A stretch of DNA of 63,457 nucleotides, counting the filler, from Myxococcota bacterium (GTDB lineage: Bacteria > Myxococcota_C > UBA6777), in the NCBI GenBank assembly GCA_023150835.1. It is 3 parts of 3 records of this genome, joined end to end, with 100 filler letters (N's around TTAATTAATTAA, not from the genome) between each part and the next. Parts side by side here need not be neighbours in the genome. Positions count along the whole stretch, not along the records: positions 1 to 25,829 come from JAKLKB010000097.1; 2 more parts are not named here. One strand, 5' to 3'. The notes beneath the pieces were generated by a model. It searched no databases. It was not told the DNA's origin and saw only the letters and a program-made list of their open reading frames with translations. Below are positions 1 to 9,050 of the stretch, piece after piece. Numbering within the stretch: position 1 is the stretch's first letter; every line of letters starts with the position of its first letter. The translations under genes were made by a program, and so were the position numbers.

Positions 1-133
1 CACGCTGTATGCACGACGCGCAGACGCTGCCCGTTCCAACTTCCCCCCGTTCACGGGGGGATTGAGGGGGGGCGACAAAAGAAACGGCGATCAGGCTAGA
101 CTATCCGGTGTTTCCACCTTAACAAGGCGCGTA
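1..133 (+). repeat. Dispersed palindromic repeat family C (partial, contig edge)
   Basis: Near-identical to 41311-41445 (cacgctgtatgcac...cccgttccaacttccccccgtt...ggggggattgaggggggg...tttccaccttaacaaggcgc) and to 63420-63457. Confidence 0.85.
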
Positions 134-216
134 TGGGGGCAGACCCCTGTGTCTGCCCGATCATAGGGCGTCTACGTACTCTGCTTTGCTGTGTACATCA
201 CTCGGATATCGTATTA
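131..216 (+). repeat. REP-like family A element
   Basis: ggggcagacccctgtgtctgccc hairpin plus gggcgtctac and catcactcggatatcgtatt flanks shared with other copies. Confidence 0.75.
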
Positions 217-1986
217 TGTTTCAGCCCGATAAATCAAGATAAATTCTCCGATGATGATCTCATCGCCGTCTTGGAGTGTTGTGGGGGCGGTGATCTGTTT
301 TCCGTTGATGAAGATCCCGCCGCTTGATTTGAGATCAACGATCATAAAACCGTTGCGGGAGGGGGCGATCTTTGCGTGTCGTTTGCTGATCATCGCGCTG
401 GGGAGGTGGATGGCGTTGTTGGCCGCCCGTCCGATGGTGAGGTCTTCGTCGAAGGTGTGGACGTTCAAGAGGTTGCGGTGGGTGTCATAGATCTCCATGC
501 GTCCCTTGGCTCCCCCGTCCAAGCGAAACGCCTTCATCATGCTTTTTTGAGCGATGTTTGTACCCGCAGAGGTGACATTGGCGGTGTAAGTGGTCTGGCT
601 GGGCATCTGCATCTCAGCGGCAGCTTGTTTGCGGAATTCTTGATACCACCCTTGTTCGGGGCGTTGTTCGTAGATCTGCTTTTCGTCCACCAACTGCTCA
701 TACCAGTTGCGGATATCGCTTTTTTCATCGGCCCAATCGGGGGAGGTTTTGAGGCGCTCGATCAACGGGGTAAGAGAGGCTGCTGCCGCCAAAAAGTCTC
801 CGCGTGCGGCGATGGCTTGGGCATCTTTCCAACCTTGCGCAGCTTCGAGCAAAAGCAGTTGGCGAGAGATCTCGGGGTGCATGGTGCCGGTGGCTTGGGC
901 ATGAACGGGCAGGGTGAGTTCGATCTCGTGGACGGTGGGTTCTTTGGCTTCGGGGAGCCAATACTCGATGCGCAAAGTGGCCAAGGGGCGGGATTCTTGA
1001 GGATCTTTGGTGTCGACTTCAAGATCGGCCAGCAGTTCGATCGTTCGTCCTGCCACCAAGTCAGACAGCGATACTTCGAGACCTTTGGAGCCAAAGCGTT
1101 GATCGTTGTCGCCGCGCACGCGAAGAACGGTGCATCCATCGTGCGGCTTTAAGAACAAGCGGGCTTGGCGGGCGACCACGCTAAACAACGCGCCAAGTTC
1201 GAGCGCAAAGGCAGCGGGGGCGCTATCTGCGCTTTCGATGTAGGTGTATCCGCCTCCGCCAGCTTGTGCGATATCTTGTAAGATTTGTTCTTGGTGGTGG
1301 GAGCCAAAGCCAAAGGTACTCACGACCGCGTTTTTGCGTTGATCGCGGACGAGGCGAGTCAGCGCTTGCGAAGAGGACGGTCCGACGTTGGGTTGGCCGT
1401 CGGTGAGCAAGAGGACGCGGCGTGGCATATCGCCCGATAGTGCGGCTTGCAGTTGTAGTGTTTTTTCCAAACCTTCGTACATGGCGGTGCTTCCGTCGGC
1501 TCGGATGGTTTGCAGGGCGATACTGAGCCGACTTCGGGCTTGGCTGTGAAAGGTTTGCGGTTCGAGCCAAACGTGGGCGCTGTTAGAAAAACTGATAAGG
1601 CAGGCATGGTCATCTTCGCGTAGGTGATCGGAGACAAGGCTGATGGATTGAAGGACTAGCTTGATTGGATCACCGTTCATCGAGCCTGAGTTATCGATGC
1701 AGATGGCGACGAGCGCAGGGGAGCGCTTTTGGGGGGCGTGTTCGGAAACGCGGATACGCAAGAGAAGGGGCAGGGCGGTGTGTTTGTGCGGGGCGAGTGC
1801 CTCGTAGGCGGGGATCGCTTCCAAGCGGACGGGGGGAACGGCAGCAAGGCCGCTCGGGGTGGGGATCTTGTCGAGTGTTTGGGCGTGTTCGGCTGTAGAA
1901 TGGGGAGGCGAAGATGGCGGAGGTATTGGATTGGGCATGATCAAGCGCTCCTTGGTTTGTAGGCCTTTTGGTACGATCGAGGCCAT
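214..1986 (-). CDS. VWA domain protein with C-terminal FHA domain
   Basis: MIDAS DNSGSM, LLTDGQPN, TFGFG; C-terminal TIGRAANN...ISKRHA...DLKSSGGIFING; start may be ATG at 1938. Confidence 0.85.
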   Translation of the reverse strand: MASIVPKGLQTKERLIMPNPIPPPSSPPHSTAEHAQTLDKIPTPSGLAAVPPVRLEAIPAYEALAPHKHTALPLLLRIRVSEHAPQKRSPALVAICIDNSGSMNGDPIKLVLQSISLVSDHLREDDHACLISFSNSAHVWLEPQTFHSQARSRLSIALQTIRADGSTAMYEGLEKTLQLQAALSGDMPRRVLLLTDGQPNVGPSSSQALTRLVRDQRKNAVVSTFGFGSHHQEQILQDIAQAGGGGYTYIESADSAPAAFALELGALFSVVARQARLFLKPHDGCTVLRVRGDNDQRFGSKGLEVSLSDLVAGRTIELLADLEVDTKDPQESRPLATLRIEYWLPEAKEPTVHEIELTLPVHAQATGTMHPEISRQLLLLEAAQGWKDAQAIAARGDFLAAAASLTPLIERLKTSPDWADEKSDIRNWYEQLVDEKQIYEQRPEQGWYQEFRKQAAAEMQMPSQTTYTANVTSAGTNIAQKSMMKAFRLDGGAKGRMEIYDTHRNLLNVHTFDEDLTIGRAANNAIHLPSAMISKRHAKIAPSRNGFMIVDLKSSGGIFINGKQITAPTTLQDGDEIIIGEFILIYRAET

Positions 1987-2271
1987 CCGTTTGGGGGTGA
2001 GTCTTTGTGTGGGGGTGGATGGTTGCGTTTCTTGCGCGTCGTGTGATGATGGGCTGTTTTTGCTACGGCGTCAACACGCTGTTGTGGCTGCGTGGATCGG
2101 CTTTGGGAAGAGGGCGATCGATGCTTGATTTTTCGTGTATGCCAACGCATCCTGCTTTTCGTTCTGTTCTGCGCTGTTGAAGACCGCGCACATACGGTTG
2201 TCGCGCTTTTGTGGACGGACACGTGAGAGAAAAGTCACAAAGAAAACCGAAACCATCAAGGCGTTATTTTT

Positions 2272-4689
2272 TTACGGCTGGATGAAAGATCGAAGAACAA
2301 GATAGCTGTTCTTTCTTCTTTCCTTGAGAATTATCTCTATCAGATGGAAACAAATTTCGTTGTCGTAACTGATTTGAAAAAGGTCTATTTGTTCCGTCGG
2401 TATGGGGTTAAGGGGGGCGGGACTTTTGAAGAAGAAGTGTGTTGAGGTCTGCTTCACTTGCGCTGATTCGAGAGAGAGAGGACGTCTGCGCAAGAGTCCG
2501 ATCAGGAAAAGGACAAATAACCCAATCCATGAAGAGAAGGAGTCTTGGCTTTGACAGCCGCAGCCTTTGGGGCGTATATCGTCGTCGATGGGGGCGTTGG
2601 AGTCGGTTGGGGTGGGGGATTCCTTGGCGGGTTGTTCGGTCGGTGTGATCTCGGGGGGTGCAGCGTCCTTTGCGTCGGTCGTGGTTTCTTCGGGGAGTGT
2701 AGCTTCTTGGTTCGTTTCGGGGGCGGACTCTTGGGACGATTCGGAAGAAGGAGCGACACAGCGGCCTTGAACGCATAGCAACGGGGCAGTGCATTCTCGA
2801 TCGTTCAGGCAAGGAGGGCGCGAGATACATCGTCCTGCTTGGCAGATCGGGGTGGGTTCTGCACAGTCTGCATCTTTTTGGCACGTAGGACTACGCGGGA
2901 TGCGACAGATCTTTCCGCGTGTGCTGTCTTCGCAAAGGTAAGCGGGAGGGCAAGGAGAGGCATCGCTGCATGGTGTGCTACAGTAGCGCTGTCCTTGGCT
3001 GTCTGTGGGCGCACAAAGCTGGCTGGTACAGTCGATATCTTGGGTGCAAGGTTGCCCAAAACCAAGCCCCGTACGGCTCTGACAGCGGCCTTGTGTGCAG
3101 ACTTCGTTGGGAGGGCATTCGTTGTCTTGTGTGCAGGGGGCGGGCTCGATGCAACGTCCTTGAAGGCAACGTGATGGAGCCGAACAGTCCGCATCTTTGG
3201 TGCAAGGGATCTCTTTTTGGAAGCAGGAGCGTTGGAAGCAAAACTGGTTTGCGTTGCAGTCGGAGTCGCCATCGCAAGCGCAAAACTGCGTGCCGAGGGT
3301 GGTTCGAAGGCACTTTCCACCGTCGGGGCACCCGCCGTTTTGGCAGAGTGCTAGGCAATAGGCCGGTTGGCCGGACTTGTTGACGCAGACCATCTGATCA
3401 TCGCAGAACTGCCCGCCTGCACTGGCTCCACAAACCGAGCCGCGTTCGCCGATCTGGACGAATTGGATGCAGCGTCCTTGATCGCAGCGGGCGTTGGCTT
3501 CGCAATCGCTGTTTTGGGTGCAACTGGGGTTGCGGGGGACGCACTTTCCTGTGGAAGTGTCGCAACGCTCGGTAGATGGGCAGTTTGCGTCGGATGTGCA
3601 GGGCGGTGGGGTATTGGGGACGCAGACACCTGTGGAGGTGTTGCAACGCTCGGTAGATGGGCAGTTTGCATCGGAAGTGCAGGGCGGTTGCAGGGTGACG
3701 CACTGACCTTGGCGGCAGACTTGGTTGTTGGTGCAGTCGGTATCTTGGCGACAAACGACGCAGGAGCCGTTGACACAGCGCAGGTTGTTGGTGCAGTCGG
3801 TGTCTTGGGCGCAGGCATTGGGACGGGGGATGCAGCGATGGTTGAGGCAAAAGTCGCTGGTGGGGCAGTCGCTGTGTTCGTTGCAGCCGCAGTATCCGCC
3901 TCCTTGTTGGAGGGCGATACATTTTCCTTTGGTGCAAGCGTTGTTGTTGCAAGGTTCCTGACAAAAAGATCCGCGTGTTCCTTTGGCGCACAACAAGCCG
4001 CTTTGGCAGGTCGCACCGCTGGCGTCACTCCCACACAATAGGCCGAGTGTTCCTTGGGGCATGGGAGTGGCGGGATAAATAAAACAAACGCCTTGGATAT
4101 CGTCTGCGTGAAGAAAGCGGCGTTGGCTTGGGCCGGTGCTTGTGGTTCCGTACATGGTGGCGCTGGAAGTGCCGCTGTGTCCGAGTCCAAGGAAGTGGCC
4201 GATCTCGTGCGTGGCTGTGCCGCGCAGATCAAGCTGGTTGCTGTTTGGATTGACGGAAAACGGCTTGGTGCGGCGAAAGACGATATCTGCGTCGGTAAAG
4301 CCTGTGGAGCCACCCCATAGGGTGTAGGTGATGGCGGTGGTTGCGCTGCCTGCGCTGAGATAATCAAAGAGCAGGACATTTTTGCGATCGCTGCTATGAA
4401 GGGTGGTGGTTCGGCCCATGTATCGGGCGCGAAAGCGTGTACAGGGCTGTTGTGTCCATTGCCACATCGAGGCTTGAAATTCGCGCTCGGCGTCCGCTTC
4501 GCTGACATCGGTAAATCCGTTGGGGTTAAAGTACCAAGGCACAGGAAGACTGGTATCGCTCCACCCTTTGATCTGGCTTCCTGAATTGTTGACGTTGTAG
4601 GCCGAAGCGGGCAGGCTGAACACCCAAACGAAGGCAAAGGCAAAAGGAAAGATCGATGTCGGAGAGACGTGAAAAAGATGTTTAGCCAT
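2272..4689 (-). CDS. Secreted matrixin (M10-like) metalloprotease with Cys-rich repeats and MYXO-CTERM-like tail
   Basis: Signal peptide; HEIGHFLGLGHS zinc motif and Met-turn ATMY; many CxxDxxC repeats; GCGC-TM-RRR near C terminus. Confidence 0.85.
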   Translation of the reverse strand: MAKHLFHVSPTSIFPFAFAFVWVFSLPASAYNVNNSGSQIKGWSDTSLPVPWYFNPNGFTDVSEADAEREFQASMWQWTQQPCTRFRARYMGRTTTLHSSDRKNVLLFDYLSAGSATTAITYTLWGGSTGFTDADIVFRRTKPFSVNPNSNQLDLRGTATHEIGHFLGLGHSGTSSATMYGTTSTGPSQRRFLHADDIQGVCFIYPATPMPQGTLGLLCGSDASGATCQSGLLCAKGTRGSFCQEPCNNNACTKGKCIALQQGGGYCGCNEHSDCPTSDFCLNHRCIPRPNACAQDTDCTNNLRCVNGSCVVCRQDTDCTNNQVCRQGQCVTLQPPCTSDANCPSTERCNTSTGVCVPNTPPPCTSDANCPSTERCDTSTGKCVPRNPSCTQNSDCEANARCDQGRCIQFVQIGERGSVCGASAGGQFCDDQMVCVNKSGQPAYCLALCQNGGCPDGGKCLRTTLGTQFCACDGDSDCNANQFCFQRSCFQKEIPCTKDADCSAPSRCLQGRCIEPAPCTQDNECPPNEVCTQGRCQSRTGLGFGQPCTQDIDCTSQLCAPTDSQGQRYCSTPCSDASPCPPAYLCEDSTRGKICRIPRSPTCQKDADCAEPTPICQAGRCISRPPCLNDRECTAPLLCVQGRCVAPSSESSQESAPETNQEATLPEETTTDAKDAAPPEITPTEQPAKESPTPTDSNAPIDDDIRPKGCGCQSQDSFSSWIGLFVLFLIGLLRRRPLSLESAQVKQTSTHFFFKSPAPLNPIPTEQIDLFQISYDNEICFHLIEIILKERRKNSYLVLRSFIQP

Positions 4690-6298
4690 GACTGGTGTCT
4701 TGTAGCCTTTTCAGGTTGTTTTGGATGGTCTTGTTTTCGGGGTCATGCCGTAAGGCTTCTTCCCAAAGTTGTTTGGCTTTTTCGCGTTGCCCGCTGCGGA
4801 GTGCTTCAAAACCTTGTTCGACCAATCGTGCGGCCCGGCTTGGTGTCGGAGAAGAAGGAGGTGGAGTGGAGGAAGAAGGCGGCGGCGGTGTTGGAGAAGA
4901 AGAAGGTGGAGGGACAGAGACTTGCGTGGAGCGTTTTTTGGATGCTTTTTCATCGCGATCTGTACCAAAAGAGGAAAACAGAGCAAAAGCACCGCTGCGG
5001 CTGGGAGGGGGCGTTTTGGCGGAAAAGATATCGTGCGGGGTGGCGGGGGGTCTTTTGGAGCCGCCTGTGATCGGGGTAATGGTGGTGTCGTTGTTGGCTT
5101 CTTGAAGCTTGGGGATGGGGGTGTAAGCCGAAGGCTTTCGGGAGAAGGTGGGGTTGGAAGAAGACGATGTGGTGCGAGGGGGTGGAGTGGTTTGTGGGGC
5201 TTGTGTTGCGTTGGGCAGCGGGGTGGCTTGTGGGGCTTGTTTGACGAAAGGCGTGCTGGTCGAGAAATGGGGGGGGGGCTGAAGCATCTCGTCTTGAAAA
5301 TGGGAACGCATGGAGGCGTGTTCTTTGGGGGAAAGTTGATCGTGGATCTCGGATAACACTTCGAAGATGCGCCCGCTTTTTGGGGCAGGAGAAGGGATTT
5401 GTTCGAGTTGAAAAGCATGGTGGAGAGCTTGCCAAAAAGCAGCGACAGAAGGGAAGCGATCTTCGGGTTTTTTGGCAAGTGCGCGTTGGTAAACTTCTTC
5501 GAGAGCAGTTGAGTAAAGAAGATGTGGGGCGAGTTTTTTGAGCGGTGGTGGGGGTTCTTGGATGTGTTTTAAGAGGATGCTTGGCATACCTCCTTGAAAG
5601 GGAGTTCTTCCTGTGAGGGTTTCCGCAAGCAAGATCCCGAGGCTGTAAATATCCGAGCGGGTATCGACGATCTCGTGCTGGCCGTAGGCTTGTTCTGGAG
5701 ACATATAAAGAAAACTACCGAGCATCTGGCCGACAACGGTCAACTTGTGCTCGTCTTGGTTTTGGTTAGAAGAAGAAGAGATGCCAAAGTCCATTAGGCG
5801 GAGGTGAAACTGGTTGGATTTTCGGCTGAGGAAAAGATTGGAAGGTTTGAGATCGCGATGGATCACGCCGTGTTGATGGACGATATGGAGTGCAGAGCAA
5901 AGTTGATGAAAGAAGGTGTAGGTTTCAAATGCAGACAGGGGGCCTCGTCGCAAGACGACATCAAGGGTGCAACCAAACAACCATTCCATCATCAAGCACC
6001 ACCCGATCCCGGGATGATGCTGGCAGTCGACAATTTGTACGATGTTCGGATGCGAAAGAAGCCCAAGCAGGCGGGCTTCGCGCAGAAAACGCTGTTCGAT
6101 ATCTTCGCGGTTGGCGACGCTTGGGCGCAATTGCTTGAGCGCAAAATATCGCTCAAGGATCGTGTGCTCGACTTTGTAGACGGCCCCAAAAGCCCCGCCT
6201 CCGATCCGCCCGAGTATCCGATAAGAACCGATCTGCTCGTTGGGTTCAAGAAGGCGAGTCTCGGGTAAACTCTCTTCTTCGTGTTCGTTGTAAGACAT
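4682..6298 (-). CDS. Ser/Thr protein kinase with Pro-rich linker and C-terminal TPR-like helix pair
   Basis: GGGAFG, ALK, HRDLKPSN, DFG, YMSPEQ, DIYSLG motifs. Confidence 0.92.
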   Translation of the reverse strand: MSYNEHEEESLPETRLLEPNEQIGSYRILGRIGGGAFGAVYKVEHTILERYFALKQLRPSVANREDIEQRFLREARLLGLLSHPNIVQIVDCQHHPGIGWCLMMEWLFGCTLDVVLRRGPLSAFETYTFFHQLCSALHIVHQHGVIHRDLKPSNLFLSRKSNQFHLRLMDFGISSSSNQNQDEHKLTVVGQMLGSFLYMSPEQAYGQHEIVDTRSDIYSLGILLAETLTGRTPFQGGMPSILLKHIQEPPPPLKKLAPHLLYSTALEEVYQRALAKKPEDRFPSVAAFWQALHHAFQLEQIPSPAPKSGRIFEVLSEIHDQLSPKEHASMRSHFQDEMLQPPPHFSTSTPFVKQAPQATPLPNATQAPQTTPPPRTTSSSSNPTFSRKPSAYTPIPKLQEANNDTTITPITGGSKRPPATPHDIFSAKTPPPSRSGAFALFSSFGTDRDEKASKKRSTQVSVPPPSSSPTPPPPSSSTPPPSSPTPSRAARLVEQGFEALRSGQREKAKQLWEEALRHDPENKTIQNNLKRLQDTSHG

Positions 6299-6467
6299 CG
6301 GTGAACATCCTCCATAACAAGATCGAGGGTCGGATTGGTTTGGCGCTCTTGTGGGGAAGAGAACGGCCTAGGGTACAACGCTCTTTGTCTTCTGCCAAGC
6401 CTGCTTTGCTCAAAATCAACGATCGCTGGGTGAAAAAAGGGCTTGTTGGGGGAGGCGATGGCCCAGT

Positions 6468-7223
6468 CTATTTCGTTTCGATGGAGTGGCGTGGTGGAGG
6501 GCGATGGGGTGCAACATGACGGATCTGCGGGGGCTTCTGTGTTTCTTGGATCGGGTGGTGTCTTTGCGTGGAGTGGCGGTGCGCTTTGTCTGTTTTTGGG
6601 GGCATGGGCTGTGCGGGGGTGAGGTGGCGTTGAAGAGCCTCAACGAGATCAGACAACAGTCGAGGTTGTGTGTGTAAATGAGGGAGCGGCGTCCATTGTC
6701 CTTGCGCATTGCGTGCAAGACGCGTGGGCAGATCGTGTTGTTGGAAAAGCTGATATTGTCGGTGTATCGGAGACCATCGCATCTTCCATAAACCGTAGGC
6801 CATGCCTGTGAGGTAGTAATGAGTGGGCTGGGGTTGCCAAGGAAGCGGGCGAGCCGCCTCAAGGTACACCAACACTTCTTCCCCTACAGCGATCTGACCT
6901 GCACCCGCAACGTGTGCTATTTGTGCGCCGATTCGACCGCCCAAACAACGCACCGTAAGGGTGTTTGTCAAGAGCTTTCCCTTGAAGATTCGGCGGATGC
7001 TCAAGGTGCTATCGGTGACGATGTATTGTCGCGGCCCGATCTTTCGGGCGATCTGAGACTGTACACGCCCCCAAACGATCAGCGCCGAACGTTCGACTTG
7101 TTCTCGTTCGCTGTAGGCGATTACCTGCGTTGCCTCGACGGGTGGTGCTTGTGTGAAAACAAAAAGACAAATTCCTGTGAACAAGAGGGTTCGTGCGAAA
7201 AGCGATGTATAAAATCTCATCAA
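6468..7223 (-). CDS. Secreted hypothetical protein
   Basis: Signal peptide (VEA-TQ); co-oriented with kinase and matrixin genes. Confidence 0.7.
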   Translation of the reverse strand: MMRFYTSLFARTLLFTGICLFVFTQAPPVEATQVIAYSEREQVERSALIVWGRVQSQIARKIGPRQYIVTDSTLSIRRIFKGKLLTNTLTVRCLGGRIGAQIAHVAGAGQIAVGEEVLVYLEAARPLPWQPQPTHYYLTGMAYGLWKMRWSPIHRQYQLFQQHDLPTRLARNAQGQWTPLPHLHTQPRLLSDLVEALQRHLTPAQPMPPKTDKAHRHSTQRHHPIQETQKPPQIRHVAPHRPPPRHSIETK

Positions 7224-7270
7224 TTCGCCCTTTTACGGGTGGAGAGAGCAGAGAGAAGGACACTTTGGGG

Positions 7271-7849
7271 TTAGGGGGTGGAGGTTTTCAGCAACATCTC
7301 GACTTCGTTGGCTGTTTGATCGAAGAGTGCTTCGAGAGCGGGGTGAGTTCCACGCAAGGCAGCGACGACATCGCGGGACCATTGAAGGTATTCGAGTTTG
7401 CGTTGTAGGGGCCAGTCAGGCGGAGAATAACCGACATCGTGGAGGTTGTTGATCTTGTCTGCGAGTTTGATCAGTTTTGCACCAAGGGAAAGGGTGGGGC
7501 CGTGTTCGATCTGGAGCCGCTTGCGCTCGGCTTTGGGAAGGCTTTTGTCGTCGGTGACTTCTTGAACGAGGTGACAGACATTTTCGCCAAAGTGAGCGTT
7601 GATCTCTTCGGGCATGGTGTTGGTGTCTTCGAGCGTGTCGTGGAGGACGGCAGCGATCAAGACATCTCGATCGCGGATCTCCCCGACCTTCCAAAGGATA
7701 TCGAGTACATGGATCAGGTGGTTGATGTAGGGGCTTTGGGGTTGATCTTTGCGTCGCTGATCGCGGTGGCGTAGGGCTGCAAAGTGCAGCGCGCCGATCA
7801 TGGAGTGGAAGATCTCTTCGGGGAGCATGAGGGAGTCCTTTCTGTGCAT
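7271..7849 (-). CDS. HD-domain (p)ppGpp hydrolase, MESH1/small alarmone hydrolase type
   Basis: HRDQRRK..PYINH, AAVLHDTLEDT, EVTDDKSLPK, KLADKINNL motifs. Confidence 0.9.
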   Translation of the reverse strand: MHRKDSLMLPEEIFHSMIGALHFAALRHRDQRRKDQPQSPYINHLIHVLDILWKVGEIRDRDVLIAAVLHDTLEDTNTMPEEINAHFGENVCHLVQEVTDDKSLPKAERKRLQIEHGPTLSLGAKLIKLADKINNLHDVGYSPPDWPLQRKLEYLQWSRDVVAALRGTHPALEALFDQTANEVEMLLKTSTP

Positions 7850-8108
7850 CGTCGCGTGGTTTGTTGTCTGTGGGGGCGGCCTCTGGCCCTAGGCTTTTGT
7901 TTATGGCATATTGCGCTGTAGGCCGCAAGAGCAAGTATCCGAGCAGCCCCCCCACTTCGGTGCAGACGCCGAGGTTGAGACCTTGTTGCAGACTGGTAAG
8001 GTCTACGGCTCACATCGTCTTGTGACGGCCTGCCCATCAAACGGAACAACACGGAGGGACGGAGCGCAAAGGCACCGATGGATTCAGCGACTTTGGAGTA
8101 ACGTGAGT

Positions 8109-8984
8109 ATGTGTCGTGTAGGTTTTTTGTGTGCATTGTTTTTGTGTGCTTTTTGTGCAGGTGGGGGGAGTTTTTCGCTGGCATGGGCAGAAGACGACGC
8201 AGCCCATTCGTATTTTCAAGGGCTGCGCTATCTCAAGCAAAAACAATGGAAAGAAGCCGATATCGCGCTTGCGCAAACCTTTTCTTTGCTTGAAAAGAAG
8301 CAAGCCCCCAAAGGTCGGCCTGCGGATCTTTTAACGTTGGGGCGCTGCGATGTCTTGTTCTTGCGCGCACAAGCCGCCGAAGGCGAAAAGGACGCGCAGA
8401 AGATGTGTCGTATGCTGAGCGAAGCACAACAACGCCTTCGCACCGTCCCTGCGGAATGGACCGCGTGGTCTGTGAATCCCGTGTTGCCTTCGCGGATGGA
8501 GCAAGCCCGTCTCATGTTTCAGCGCTGTGTTACGATCGAAACCACGATCTCTTTTCGGCTCGATCCGCCTCTTGCAAAGGCGGAAGCATGGCTATCTCCT
8601 AAGATCGGCTCTCCCCCTCGTTGGACCCCGATTCTTGGGCCGCTTTCCTTGTTGCAAGATCACGTCAAATTACGCGCAACCTCCGAAGGATACGAACCCT
8701 TTGAAAAAGTGTTGCCGATCCGCCGTTGGCATCCACAACAATTCACTATCCATCTCAAGGCGTTACCCAATCCGACAACGCGACCGAACCTGCGTGTTGC
8801 GTTGGTTCGTCGGCCCCCGCCCCCTCCCAAAGAGGCGATCCCTGTGACGTGGATCGTCGGCGGTGTTGCGATCGGGGTGGTGCTGGTGGCTGGAGCCGTT
8901 GCGGGTGGCATCCTCTTGGCTCGGGTGCTTCAGGAGGATCAATCGAAGAAAACCAATGTAAAGATCGAACATTCTGCTTTTTAA
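8109..8984 (+). CDS. Hypothetical exported protein, TPR/PEGA-like, with C-terminal TM anchor
   Basis: Signal-like N terminus, helical region, SEGYEPF PEGA-like motif, hydrophobic C-terminal helix; start uncertain. Confidence 0.6.
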   Translation: MCRVGFLCALFLCAFCAGGGSFSLAWAEDDAAHSYFQGLRYLKQKQWKEADIALAQTFSLLEKKQAPKGRPADLLTLGRCDVLFLRAQAAEGEKDAQKMCRMLSEAQQRLRTVPAEWTAWSVNPVLPSRMEQARLMFQRCVTIETTISFRLDPPLAKAEAWLSPKIGSPPRWTPILGPLSLLQDHVKLRATSEGYEPFEKVLPIRRWHPQQFTIHLKALPNPTTRPNLRVALVRRPPPPPKEAIPVTWIVGGVAIGVVLVAGAVAGGILLARVLQEDQSKKTNVKIEHSAF

Positions 8985-9050
8985 GCAAAGCTCTCTCCTG
9001 TTTTTAAGAGATGACGCCCGTCTGATGCGAAACAAAGGAAGGCAAACACG

